Shown: positions 13,216 to 26,149 of the stretch, one piece after another | Layout: every line of letters begins with the position of its first letter | How positions within the stretch are numbered: the first letter of the stretch is position 1 | Assembly: GCA_013239625.1 (NCBI GenBank) | Contig: MU057344.1 | Location: forward strand, 1,490,276 to 1,554,275 | DNA from: Lama guanicoe | Taxonomy: Eukaryota | Reading direction: 5' to 3' | Length of the DNA stretch: 64,000 nt | Translations under genes and position numbers: made by a program | Notes under the pieces: model-generated | The model's input: the letters and a program-made list of their open reading frames with translations, nothing else | The model's database searches: none | What the model was told of the DNA's origin: nothing

Positions 13216-14345
13216 CTGATTCTGTGGGCTGGTGCACAGGGTGGGGGTGGGGCATGGGTCCTCTGATGTCAGTTCCAGCGCTGGCTCATGGCCCCCAGAT
13301 GCCCCCCGCCATGTGTTCTGGCAAACTTAGGAGGGCTGGGAGCTTGCTTCGCCCAGGGAGGCCCCAAGACTCCCCGGAGCTGGAAGCGAGTGGGTACTGG
13401 ACTGGCCACTGGGGTTCGGTCTGTCCTGACACCCTGGCCCAGCGCCGCCAGGGCCCGGAGCTGGAGGCCGGCAGTGGGAGCGAGGCTGGAACGCTGGGTT
13501 TAAAATGAAAAGGGAAAGGTCAGAGAGGAAAGTTGCAGGGAGAGGGAGCCAGGCCCAGACGGCCTCTTGTTTTGCAAAACTCAAAATAGATTTCAGCACC
13601 GCGCTCTTTTGAGACAAATCTCGGCGCTCCTGCGATCCTCGCCTGACCCTCCTGGTTTCTGGCGCGGGGAGCCTGCTGCGATTTGGCACCGGCTGGTTTC
13701 AAATGCATAACAGCCCTGCACAGACTTGGCCAAGAGCTGGTCCGTGTTGGTTTCTACAGCTTCGCTTTTCTTGTTTGCTACATCAGATATCGCCTTACCC
13801 AGACGCCGCCCCGGGAGATGGATTCCCCGGCCCTCAGCTCTGTGGGTGCGGCCAGTGCACATCATTTTGCTGCTCGCGGGGTCTGTGTGTCTGGAGAGAG
13901 AGGCCGCTGCTTCCAGCACGGCGCAGCCCGCGTTCCCGGCGTTTGGGGAATCTCTATCGAGCTCAAATGATTAGACCTGGTTTCTGGTTTCATTTTGGAA
14001 GACTTGCTGCTAAGCAGATCCTTTCCGCCGGTAAAATGATACAGATGTTCCAGGCCGCTGCCCTCCCTCTGTGCTGGAGACCCTGCCCCTTCTCCGCAGG
14101 GCAGGGGACAGTGGGACCTGGGCCGGGGCTGGCCGATTCCACCTGGCAGAGGCCGACTTGCCTCTGGGCGTGTGGGAGCAGCAGGGAAGTGGGCAGACCA
14201 CCAGGCCCTGGTCCCGGGAGGCCTGTGGGTGCCCGCTGCTCACCTCGGAGCCCAGAGAGCTGGGTGGGATGGTCACAGGGAGGGGACTGCTCCAAGAATC
14301 AGGCATGGGAACTGGCCCTTATCAGGAGGCCCCTGGCATCTGGGA

Positions 14346-14413
14346 CCCTTCCCCCAGCTTCCTGCCTGGTTTTGCTAAATTACTAATTCCTGAGGAAAGG
14401 GCCAGTATGTTCC
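14346..14413 (+). ncRNA. MIR4251: Probable orthologous sequence of the human MIR4251 locus (function doubtful)
   Basis: 14385-14413 AATTCCTGAGGAAAGGGCCAGTATGTTCC resembles the recalled human precursor 3' arm AATTCCTGAGAAAAGGGCCAACGTGCTTCC; upstream cccccagctt resembles CCTCCAGCTT. Human MIR4251 lies in PRDM16 intron 1, consistent with this position. Confidence 0.65.
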
Positions 14414-17400
14414 CGTCCCCTTCAGAGAGTGCTTGAGTCAAAGCCCCCTGCCCCCGGCCAACCCCCGCGGAAGGAGCCCCCTGTGCGCTTTAACATGGGA
14501 GGACCGATCCGGCCATCTGTCTGCCGCGCATGCGCTGCGTGCAGTCCACCAGCATGCTCAGAGGGAGAGCGCAGAGGGCATGAGAGCGACAGGCAGCAGG
14601 CTGTTCACTGCTCCCCACCCCAGGTGCCTTGTCCCACAAAACTTGGGGCCATGAAGCCCACTTTGGTTCCTGTTTGATCCCGAGGAAGACGGACTTGAGC
14701 CTCCTCTGGGGTTGCTTCGTGATTCCTTTGTTGTGATCGTGAAGACACGCGCACAGCGGTGGGAAAGTACCCCGCCGCGCGGAGATGTGGCAGAGGGGCC
14801 CGCTGGACCGGGCCCCAGGTGGCCTGTCTTAGTGACGCTCCCTCCGGCAGTGGGGGCTCACAGGCTCAGGCCCGGGGAGGCCAGTTCAGGGGTGCAAGGG
14901 CAGTCGGCTGCAGAGTTTGGGGTGAACGAGGTGTGAAAGGAAGTGTCCCGGGAGACGTAGAGCGCAGTGCGTTTTGGGATGTGTGGGTTAAATGAGGGGG
15001 TCGATTAAACATTGGCCTGTCGTGTGTGCCCGGGCGTGTGTGCCTGAGTGTCTGTGCATGGGGACCCCATGTGGCCACAGACAAGCCAAACCCCCGACCC
15101 CCGATGGCCTCCGTCACCAGGAGTGGTGAGCCGGCCCCGAAGCGAGTCCCCGGCTTCTCAGCCTCTCTGGTGTGTGTCTTCAGGGGCAGGGCTGGGTCTC
15201 CCCGCACAGGTCTCCCCACCCGGGTCCCTCAGTGCCCAGCCTGTTCCCAGCTCCGGGGGGCACCCCTCCCTCAGCAGGAGACCTGGGCAGGGTCCTGATG
15301 TGACTCCAAGGCCGAGTGTCCAAGGTGCAGGGTGGAGGTGCTCCCATCCTGGTCCGTGACCCAGCCTGGCCGAGGAAGGACGACACCTGGCCTCGCAGGG
15401 TGGTTCTGCCCCCCACCTCGCTGCCAGTGGCCACACCAGCGGTCAGCTGGTGTTTTCTGGGTAGCGATGGTGCCCAGCTGGCCCTGGTTCCCAAGGTGGG
15501 CTCCATGGGAACGCACTGGACAGACAGGTGACATGTTTGTCTGCAAGTGCCCTGCTGGCAGTTGGGGTCTGCTTGGCCCCTGCTCCCTCCCAGGAGAAGA
15601 CCACAGCTTGGCCTGAGAGTCATGGCCATCACTGCCAGCCTGGTGTCCTCGACGGGGAAGGGGGAGGAGGGCCGTGTGAGATGGGAGGAGGGGGCCCGGG
15701 GGGGTGAGGGCGTCATCACCTCTGCCCACTTCCTTCTTGACGTGCAGGGTGTCTGTGCAGCCTGAGGGGGCGATGGGGGAGCCTGGGGGGGTGCCCTGCA
15801 GCTGACCCCTGTGCCTGTGACAGATGTAGAGATGCTGAGGGTGGCAGGTTCAGAGTCCCTGTGCATTTGAAACCCACGTGGACCTGTCCTGATGTCACGG
15901 GCAGGACCAGAACCGGATGGGAGCCCAGGGACCTTTGCAGCACATTCTCTGTCTCTCCCGTCACCGTGGGAGACCCCGAAGGGCGTGCGTGCCGCGGGGT
16001 CGGGGCGTGTACAGGGTCTGCAGGCGCTCGGTCCCCCACCCTGCTGAGCAGAGGCTCCTGGGGGAGAAAAGGGGATTGGCTTCGACTTGCCCTGGCCCGC
16101 CTCCCTCTCATTCTGTTCCCATCTCTATGTGTTGTGTTCACGTGTGTGTACGCACACACACGACATACCACATACAACATACGCACGTGCACGTACTTTA
16201 TTCAGTGAAACACGTTACCATATAGTTACCGGCAAGTCTCTCCTTGTGAAATGAGGATCCGTGTTCCGCAAAAAATGAAAGAGGAGCAAGAAAAGCCGGC
16301 GTGTGGGAGGAGGGGAGCCTGGCCCCAGCTCCAGGAGCCCCGCTGCCCCTGGCCTTTGAGTCGGCGGAGGGGGTCACACCCCTTTGTACCCGCCAAGGGC
16401 AGTGGGCTCCAGTGTGGACGACCTGCTCTGCACAAGCGGTTACGGAACAATCTGAAGAATGATTGAAGACACTGAGACCCCAGGCACACGGCTTGGTCCC
16501 CTGCAAGTCCCAGGGTGCAAGGACGCGTGGGGTCAGGGCCCAGATCTCAGTGAGAAGCCAGCACACCTCTCTGCCCAGGCAGGCAGTGAGCAGCGTGTGG
16601 GCCTGGCCGGGTCTCCGAGCCTGCAGGCAGTTGCGCTGTCCCCACGAGGGCCAGTCCACACCCACTTGGCCCCCACATCCCTGTGTGTCCTTGGCAAACC
16701 ACCAACAAAGCCCAAATGCAACAGGGACCATCCGGGCTCCAGGTGGAAGAGGGCTGAGTCCTCGTGTGGTCGGGGGCCCAGCACTGCCTGGGACTTGGAA
16801 ACGGAGCCACCTTGCCCCCGACGGCCGCCCCGATGGTCGCCCCGCGTCCAGGCGTGGACGGTGCCCCTCCCACCCCACTGCTGACTCAATGCGCGTGTCC
16901 GTGACGTCATCCTCACTGTCCCCTCCTCTGCCCACCCGAGCCGGGCAGCCTTCCCCTCCGGGACCCTCCTCTTCAGCTTCTGAATTTTCGAGAGCTCATT
17001 ACAGACAGTTCACCTTCCCTCTGCGCAGAGCCGCGTGCCTCTTCCCTCGCGGCATCCTTTATTCTACGTGTTTGTGACCGGCGTGCCCTGGAGCCCCAGC
17101 TTCGCCTTCACACCGTCTACCTTGCATGAGAGACGCAGATCTTCCCCTTTGCCGCGTTCCAGCCATTTCCAGGATCCGCCAGGCCTGCTGAGAACTTGTC
17201 CCGAGGTCACTTACCTGATGCCCGAGGTGGGGAGGGGGCTCTGTCCCCTGGGTCCACTGCTTGGTGTGTGGATTCCTCCCACCTGCGCCCCGCCTCGGAA
17301 TTGTCACCTGTTTTTGTCTGTATCCTCTGCGCCGTATAGCCAATATGTAAATTCGCGGAAAAGCCAGGTTCCCCCTCTGTTTTAAACATTTATTGTCATT

Positions 17401-20400
17401 GTCCAGTTCTGCCCCCTACCCCCAGGCCCACCTCGAGAAAAACTTCGGGGTCATTTTTCTCAAGTTAAAAAACAAAGCTTTATTTTGTAATCTGTCCCAT
17501 TTTTAGGTTAATGTGAAGGGAATGGGAAATTTTGTGATTTTTAATCTTTCTCACTGAGGAACACGATCTGTCTCTCCATTCAGTCAGGATTTTTTTTAAA
17601 GGTTTACACTGGAGTTCCACTTGTGTGCCCCAGCAGTCTCCTCGTCCAGTTTACTTCGAAGGATTTTTTAGCGTGGAAAGAAAACGTTTCATAGTGGAAA
17701 GAATTCAAGTTCTTGTATCCTCCACTGCCTCCAACGCAGAAAGAAAAGGGAATGAGACAGTTCTAGAAACGATAAGCAATTGTCTGTCTGCCGTTGAAGG
17801 GCGCCGGCTGGCTGCTCCTGGGTGTGTGCGGTGCTCCGAGGTCCCCGCGCCCCTCCCGAGCCCCTCCCGCTCAGCCTGAGCTCTGTCCACGGACGGGGCC
17901 GCCCCGGGGGGGCCGGGGCCCACCTTCCTCGAGAGCGGGTGGCCCTTTCCCTGCCGCCGGGAGAAGGCCGTCCTCCTCCTCCTGGGCCTCGCCCCGTGGC
18001 CCATGTCCTCCATAAGCCTGTTAAATTAGCCCCGTAATACTTAAAATGCTGGGCCGTTTAATGTGTAAACAATGACAACTTTTTCCCCAAAGGGTTTAGG
18101 GTTTAAATTAGTTTAAAGAAAAACAAACCAATTACTGCTATTTAATTTGGAGGAGAGAGTTCTTTATGTGCTAATTATATAGTTGGGGACTGAGCAGTTG
18201 GGGCACAATGGGGCATTAAGGGCACTTTTTAAAGGTTTCAACTGATTTATCTGAGTTTGGGGCTGGATCCCTGCGGCCTGAGCAGCCTGGAAGGCTGTGG
18301 AGGGTGGATTTGGGAACTGGGGTCGCGTAGCAGGGGGAAGCGGGAGGTCATTGCCTCGTCTTATTATTTCGACGATGTTTGCTGTGGGTCAGAGCCTGAC
18401 ACAGGCCTGGTCCCTGCCCAGCTTCGTGTCCAGCCAGCAGGCAGAGGCGAGGAGGCTGCGGGGTGGAGCGTGGACGTGGACAGGAAACCTGGGCCTGGTC
18501 AGAGCAGTGCCCTGGCTCCCCAGGGGTCTGCCCACATAGACCCTTCTGGAACTTTCCAGAACCTTCCAGATGAGAACGCATTTCCCAAGAGGCAGATGGG
18601 CTGCACTGTTCACCACCGGGGACCCCGGACGCTGTGCAAGTGTGGGAGGGGCCTCTTCCCTGCCCCATCATGGCCCCCTCCCCCCATCTTTCAGAGATCT
18701 TGCTTCCCTGGAGCCAACGTGAGCCCGGAATGTTCTAGAGCCGTCCTGTTTGCACTCTTGCTGCTTCCCGAGAAAGAGAGGATGGTTCACTTTAAATGGA
18801 ACTTGCCTTTGAAGCAAAGGGAGCCTGACTGTGGCCCCGCGTTGTCTGAGGAGCTGCCTGGTGGGACAGGCGGGCGCATCCGCTGAGGAAGTCCCTCCTT
18901 CCTGCAGGGACCTGGAGTGGCTTTGGCAGGGCCACTGGCCAAGGCCACACGCCCGGGACCCCTGCCTGTCACAAATGCAGATGCTGTGCTTCTGCCCCAG
19001 GTTGACGGAAAAATGGGCCTGTAATTAGCGCCGAGCCGTGTTGAACGGCCCGGGTCGGGGTGTTTACAGAAGACAGGCAGCTGCTCTGGAGAGGCTTGGA
19101 CCTGCGGCAGGCGGGTCTGCATTGGTGGCAGGGAGCCTCGTGTGGCCAACCGGCGGCTGGGCGTGTGGGCCCCGCGTGGCAGCCCTGCTTGTCCCCAGCC
19201 CCCACAGACCAGAGGGACATCCTGACGGGGTTGGGGAGACGAAACCACTGGAGGGCTTCGCAGGGCTGGCTTCATTGCCTCCTGGTACGCAGCCCTCGGG
19301 TCTGGGCCGCTGGGCCGCCCTGGAGAAGGCCTTGCTGAAGCTGGGGTAGGGTGTTCTTCCCCAGAGGCCCCGCAGTCCTGCGGGGCGGGGCCTTCCGGAG
19401 CTGCTATTTCCAGCACCCGGCACTGCTGGAAGTGGTTCCCGGGCCCTTCCCTCGTCTTCCTGAGACCCCGGGAGGCACCCAGCCATTGCATTTGGTCTCA
19501 TCTAACTTCTGCAGAACCCGCAACACATGGAGCTGCTGGCCCATGTTGCAGAGAGGTAACAGCTGCCCCAGATCACTCATTCCCTGACCCAGCCTCCCGA
19601 GAGCCAGCCCAGGCTCACGATGTCCCCGGGCCAGTGCTGGGCAGGAGTGGGGTGTGCCCCCGGCCTGGCCCTTTGGAGCTGACGGCCAATGGGAAGGGAG
19701 CTCATGCACAGAGTCTTCCCAAATAATGAGACTTGTGTGGGAAGGGCCCGGGAGGCCAGCAGCAGGGGAGGAGACTGGCAGGCCAGAAGGTTCCCTGGAA
19801 CATGGCACGCATCTTGATTCTTAAAGACGGGGACTTGGCTGGCGAGGAGCTGTTGGCAGAGGGAGGGGACGCCAGGCAGAGGGCACAGCCCGAGCAGTGG
19901 CTGGGAGGCGGGGAAGTCGCATGGGCGGCCGGGGCTGAGAGGGGCAGCGGTTTACGGACAGGACGTGGCAGGGGGAGCCCCCTCCCCGGCGGGGCAGCCC
20001 GCCTGCCGCACTGCAGGTTGTGGGGCTGAGGGGGGTCAGGAAGAGACCCGTGGGCAGCAGGGCCTGGACCTAATTGGTCCAGGAAAGTCAGCATCGGCAC
20101 CTAGAGTGTTCAAAACAGCGAAGATTAAACTTAAAGCGATTAGCACTTATTTTCTTTTTCAAGACATTAGCTGGTCAAAAATGACAAAAATGTCCTTAAG
20201 CCTCGAGGAGGCAGAGGCAGGGAACAGGCGGCCTTTTGTTTGGTGGAGGGGCCTGACTGCGCAGCCTGCGTGGGGCGCCCGGGACCCACCTCCCCGAACA
20301 CTGGTGGAGGGGATCGGGGCGCATTAGCGGGGGATTAGACAGCCGAGCTGCCGGGCAGCAGGGGAGCTGCCGGCCACCCACAGGCTGGGGCCTGGGGTCC

Positions 20401-21504
20401 CACGTCCGCACACTGGCCGCCCGCTGGGTCAGCGCTGGGAGGGAGCACGGGCGTCTCCCTGGCGGAGCTGGGTCGCCCATTGGAGGGGCTGTGGAGCACC
20501 CCTGAAACCAGGAAGAGCCCCCAGGGCTCTGGCCCAGCCCTGCCTGGGAAGGAGATTGAGGCCAGTCACCCCCCCACTGGCTGGGAGGACGCCCACGGTC
20601 CCCAGCCCACGTACCCCCAGGCCGGCCGAGAGCAGGTGGGGCTCGCCGGGAAGGGGCACCTGGTGGGAAGGGTGGGCCGAGGGTGGCCTGTCCGCTGTGC
20701 CCGGCTCTTCCTGCCTTGCAGACACCGTCCCTGGGCCGGACATTTTCTCAAGAAAAGAAAACACGAACCCCCATTTCTTATCTGGGGGCAAACAACGAGA
20801 TTGCCACCAGCAGGAAGGGGCTATCACAGCACGTCCAGGGCGGCTGGAGCCCGAGCAGCCACTGCCAAGGCCGGCAGGGCCCAGCCTGGCGGGCTCTGCG
20901 CTCAGCCGCCATGCCCTCCCCCTCCGCGCGGGCAGGTGACACGCCAGCTGTGAGCCGGTAACCGGAGCCCACCTGACGCAATGTGCCCGGCGTGGCAGTG
21001 ACAATTAAAGGGTCTCTTCCCCGGCCTCCTTCCAAGCACTGGCATTGTGGCCCCGGCACACCCCCCGGGGCTCGGCGTAATTATAGGGTTGGGTTTCCCC
21101 GAGAAACAGGGATGGGCATTGTTCAGTTGGGCGCTGGACCCCCGCCGCCCCTCGCCTCCCTTCCCCGGCCCTCGGGGGACTGGGTCTCCCGAGACCCTCC
21201 TCAGTGCCCTCCGTCGGCCCAGGGCAGGTAGGGCCTGGGGAGGGGACAGAGGTCCTCCTGGGGCGCTGGGTGGCAAGCTCGGAGAGGGCCCGCCAGGGCC
21301 TCGCCTTTCACTTCCCAGCAGTTGGGATTAAACGTCCAGGTGCAGCAAGGTGGTTTTGCTCGTATTGTCTGGGCGCCCCAGGACACTGGCAGGGCGGGGC
21401 TGGACACTGAGGGGCTGCCTGCCGGAGGCCGATGAGGGCAGCGACGGTGAGGGTGAGGCTGCGAAGGCAGGGATGCTGATCGACCCTCCCCAGGGTCGCA
21501 CACC

Positions 21505-21660
21505 ATTTGGGGTCCTCACAGTGCACGGTGGGGCTCAGCCCTGTGTCACCCATTTCACAGGCGGGAATGGAGGCCCGGGGAGGCGGGGCCCTCCTCCTAG
21601 TCTCGCAGCCAGGATCTGAACCCAGACCTGGATGTGTCCAGGGCCACTGCCCCCCACTGC
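21505..21660 (-). mobile_element. MIR SINE fragment
   Basis: tcctcacag...cccatttcacaggcgggaatggaggcccggggagg...gcagccaggatctgaacccagacctg. Confidence 0.6.
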
Positions 21661-22254
21661 TTTATTGTCCCCGTTTCACTGGATTGCAGAGTGTGCAAAG
21701 TCAGCTCCCAGTCTTTGGGACTCTAACCGCCATGTCCCTGTGTCCGCGAGGACCTGGTGGGGGGCCCAGCTCTGAGGCCCCCCCGTGCTGTCCCAGGCCC
21801 GGGATGCTGGTTTCTCTGACCGGCGGCTTGAGGCACCAAGTGTAGACAGAGCAGGCCAACCAGGCGTTACCTGCGGCCCCCAAGCCCCCACCTCCCACTC
21901 CTGGCACACACACCACTGTGTGGACAACAGGCTCCTCCCCCACCCCAACATGAGGGTCCCCTCCTCCGGCCAGCATGCAATCCGTACCCCGCCTTGTCGT
22001 GTGGTGGGTACTGGGGCAGCCCCGGTGCTTGGGAAGCTGGGGACACATTTAGGGCCCTCATGCTGGCCCACGTCGCCGAGGGGGGCTCTGGGTTGTAAAT
22101 GGGGGCCAGGGAGGCAGGGCATGCCTTCTCCCCCCACCCCATGCCCCTGGCTGGGGAGAGGCTGGTGCAGAGGGTGGTACTGGACCTGAGGGGCTCATCC
22201 CAGTGTTGGGTCATCAGACACACAGGGTGGATGGGAGGGCCAGTGGGAGGAGGC

Positions 22255-22300
22255 TTATTCCATTTTACAGGTGAGGAAACTGAGTCAGAGAGAGGACATG
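22255..22300 (-). mobile_element. MIR core fragment
   Basis: ccattttacaggtgaggaaactgagtcagagag. Confidence 0.75.
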
Positions 22301-25300
22301 GGGCAGTGATGTAGGTGGAGTCCAGTGCCAGCCTGAGACGTGCATGTCAGACTCGGGACGGCCCCTGCTGCTCGCTGCCCCGCCCAGGCGTCCAGGGGCA
22401 GAGGGCAGGCCCGTATCTACAGCAGCACCCTCGGGCGGCCCCCGGGCCCCTCTCCCCTCTCTCTGACCTCACAGCCACCGGGCCCGAGAGCCAGCATGTG
22501 AGGTGGGTCACACGGTGCAGATTTAGACGTGAGCCTGTCATGAAGGGAGTGAGGAATGCAGAGCTGACCCCTCCCTCCTGCAAAGCCTCATCATGTGTGA
22601 GATAAGTTCTGGGGACAGGGGTGGCTGCCCAGAGGATGCTACCAGCGCTGTCCCCAGCCACCCAGGCACAGTCCCTAGGATGTTTCTCTCAAAGGCCCCA
22701 GAATGTTCTGGCAGTGAAGCCCCTCCCTAGAGTGCTTGGTCTGCTAGCCAGCGAGGGGCTACAAGTCAGTCCGGATGTGGCCAGGTCCAGAGGGGCCATC
22801 TGGGAGGGCTCCCTGGAGGAGGGGGCTTCGTTTGGCTGGAGGAAGGTGGAGATTTCCCGTGGTGAACAAAGAAGGGCTAGAGAGGGCGTCCATCTCGGGT
22901 CTGTAAGCCCTGAGCTCCCTTCTCATCCCCACATAGCAGGTGGGGATCAGGTTTCTGACAAAGTGGTCCATGGAAATACCCCTGACTCAGAAGAAAACTG
23001 CGCTTCACAGAAGCCCCTCCAACTGTCCTGCTGTGCACAGCGCTTCCCGCCCGGGGGCCGCAGCACCCTTCTTGTCCAGTGTGGGCGGCGTCCAGTGGTT
23101 TCTGGGCTGAGCACCCCCTCAAGGGCTGAGATGTCTCAGGACCCCTTGGGGGTGAGGGTGGCTGTCCAGGTGGGCGGTGGGGGGTGGTTCTTTAATACCG
23201 TTCGCAACCGTGTGTTTGCGGTTCTTGGCGAAAGAGGGGAAAACCGTAAACCTCTTTTCACATGATCTTGTGTGTCCCCCACCCCCACGCCATCGTCCGC
23301 ATCAGGAAACCTGCAATCTGCGAGTTCAGGGAGGAGGAGGGCAAGGCCGGGTCGGTCCTGATGGGGCTCTGTGTAAAACCCGGCGGGCCTGCTGTACGTG
23401 CGGCAGCATCTGCCATCTCGGCTTCTTTGCCTCCCTCTCCTAGAGGGCTGAAAGCCGAACCCGTCAAGGAGACACAAAAGTGATTTGCGGAGCCAGCCTG
23501 GAGTGCTAGGTCCTCGGGTGACAGCGGGCCGCCCCTCTGAGGTTGTGTCCGGGGCCGGCCCCTGGGAACGCCGTTCGGACCCCGCTTCCACCCCGCGTCC
23601 CAGCTGCGCCCGCGGAACCGCTCCCCTTCTGCTGCTTCTGTCCTGCGTGGTCTTCACGGTGCAGGCGGCGTCCTCAGCTTCTCCGCTGAGGTTCCCCGGG
23701 TCCACGCAGCCCACAAGCCCCCACTCGCCTCGGCCCAGCCCCCCGACTGCCCTGCATCGCCCCGGCACTTAGATGTGTGTGGGAGTGGGGGGCAAAGTTC
23801 AGCTGGAAGGCAGTCAAGGGGGCCTGGCTGCTTGTCACAGCCCCTTCCCTTCGGAATACAGCACCCGGGAGTTGGGAGAGCCCCGGCCCGGAGAGTCCGG
23901 GGGGGCCCTCCCGCCCCCGCCCCCGCCGGGCAGGTGCTGGGGCGCGGCCCTTCCCGCTACACGTGTGCTGGGAGGGGGAGGTGTGGCCCCGTGGGCACTC
24001 AGTTGGAAAATCTTGGGGGGTGTGCTGGCACCCTGCGTTGGGGCTGGCTGGTGAATTTGGGCTTTTTCCTTTTTTGCTGCCGTTTCATGGCCCTGTTGTA
24101 AGGAGGAGGAGGGACGAGGGCCATCTTCTGCGCTGCCCTCTTACCTCCCCTTCGGCCAGTCTTCCCGGTGCTGTGGGCGTTCAACTTTGACCTTTGGGAT
24201 GAGATAATGGGGCTTCTGTTCTTGAGGGTGGCTTTGAGGCTGGTGCCCAGAGATGCCATGTGTCTCTGTGAGTTACCCTGGCTGGTCAGTTTAAACACGA
24301 CGGGGTTCCACTTCTCTGCGTTTCTGATCTCTGAGGGGCTGGCCGGCCGACTGGCCTGGGAAGAGGGACGTCCCGTGGTCTCACACCTCCCGGCACCGGC
24401 TCTGCTGCTGCTGTCCCGACCTCCCCAGGGAAACTCAGCACGGGGGATTCTCTGGCCCTCCCTCTGGCTGGAGCCCTGCCCCCACCTCCTCCCCCAGCAG
24501 CCCACCCATTCCGGGAGGACCCTGAAAGAACAGGGCCGGCGCCCTTGGTGACCCTGGGGTGCGGGGGCTGATGTTTAAGTCATGAATCACCTGCCCCTTT
24601 GCCCAAAGCAGGCAGCAGATTGATAGCAGACAGCTTGCTTTGCAAGTGCCAGTCACCCGGCCAGGAGAGCAAGGGGCCAGAGCAGCCAGCAGCGGGGGAG
24701 GAGGGCAGGGGAGTCCAGCTGGGGCCCCAGACCCGCCTGACACCCCCTCCAGGGCAGAGGCCCACAGTGCGCGTTGGGGGGCACCCAGTGGGGCACAAGC
24801 TCAAGGTCATCGTTAGTGCCGTCCCAGATGGAGGTCAGCCTCAGCCGCTTCGCCATGGCTGCAGTCCTCCCTCTCGTCAGCGTCAGCGAGAGCAGAGGAC
24901 TTTTTTAGAAGCTGCCACGCCCCTGCCCCCTCCTCCCCCGGGTCTATTAGGAGCTGGAGCTGCTCCCATCCCAGGGGAGAGCCCCTGTGCTGAGTGTGGT
25001 CGGGGAGCAGGGGTGGAGCAGGAAGCCTGCCAGGACAGCCGCCCCCTCCGTCTCCTCAGCCTGGGCCTTGGGTCGGCCCCTCCCTCACCCCTCTGACCTT
25101 GAGCCCTGACCGGCCACCTTCAGTCACTCCCGTCAGAAGATCGCGGCTCAGCCTGCAGACAAGTCCCCTCCGCAAAGGGCCGTAGTTTCTGGTTTTTGAC
25201 AACGTCGTTAGCGAGACCCTTTAGAGCGGCCTGTTAGGAAGGAGGCTCTGGCAGGCGATTTTTTCTTTTATTTTAAAGCCGACATCAGCAGTGCCCAGCG

Positions 25301-26149
25301 TGTCCCCCTCCGGCGGGTGAGTCTCCGGATGGCGCTCCGACCTTGTATCTTTGTTTAGGAACCTGGTTTTTATTAAATTTAATTGCTTCCTTTTCTGGCC
25401 TTAAATCAAGGGTGGCCTCAAAGCAGGGACAGCATCAATTTAATTTAATTACTCTGCACTGCGGCCTTCCGAGTAGAAATGTGGCTACCGGGGGCTCCCA
25501 CGGGGCCCCCAGTTCGGGATGAGCCCGGCAGCCTTGGAGGGCTGGGACCCCGACCTCCCCAGCCCCCACCCGTCTCTGCTGAGGACCAGCCGGACCACCG
25601 TTTGCAGTCACTTATCGGTGTTTATTTTTCATTTGCCATTAAAGCCACGTCGGCACTAACTCAGGGGCAATTCATTAAGGGCCATTTATCTTGCGGTGAT
25701 GCTTCACCGCACAGCCAGCTCAGGGCGGGACGCACGAGCACACGCGGACAGTCGTGGCTCCAAGCAGCACCCCGGGCCGGCTTGCCGTCCCGTGCGCTGG
25801 GTTGAGGGTGGGGACCACGGCAGAGCCGTCCTCGCTGCATCCCAGAGCCCCCGAGGCCCATCCGGACCCCGCCTCAGTTTCCAGAGCTCTCCTGCGGCCG
25901 TGCCGGGTGCTTGGCCTGAGCGAGGCTGCATTTGACACCGGTCGCCGCAGAGAACGCCTCACAGCTGCGGAAGCCCCAGCCCGCGGCCCCTCACGCTTCA
26001 ACTCCCAATTTTCACCCCTCTCCCCCGACATGGAAGTCCGGTGACAAAGGCAGCCTCGGGGCCGCCTCCCGCAAGCTTATTAAACGTCAGGGACGGCCAT
26101 ACGGCCCCGCACGGTGGGTGCCTCCCTGCAGGCTGGGCTCCCCGGAACT

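Noticed and set aside
13592-13610. REST/RE1 motif (TTCAGCACC)
   Set aside because: Only the left half-site; no GGACAG right half at canonical spacing.
18092-18106. Telomere-like GGGTTTAGGGTTTA
   Set aside because: Only two 7-mer units and not the vertebrate TTAGGG array; likely chance.
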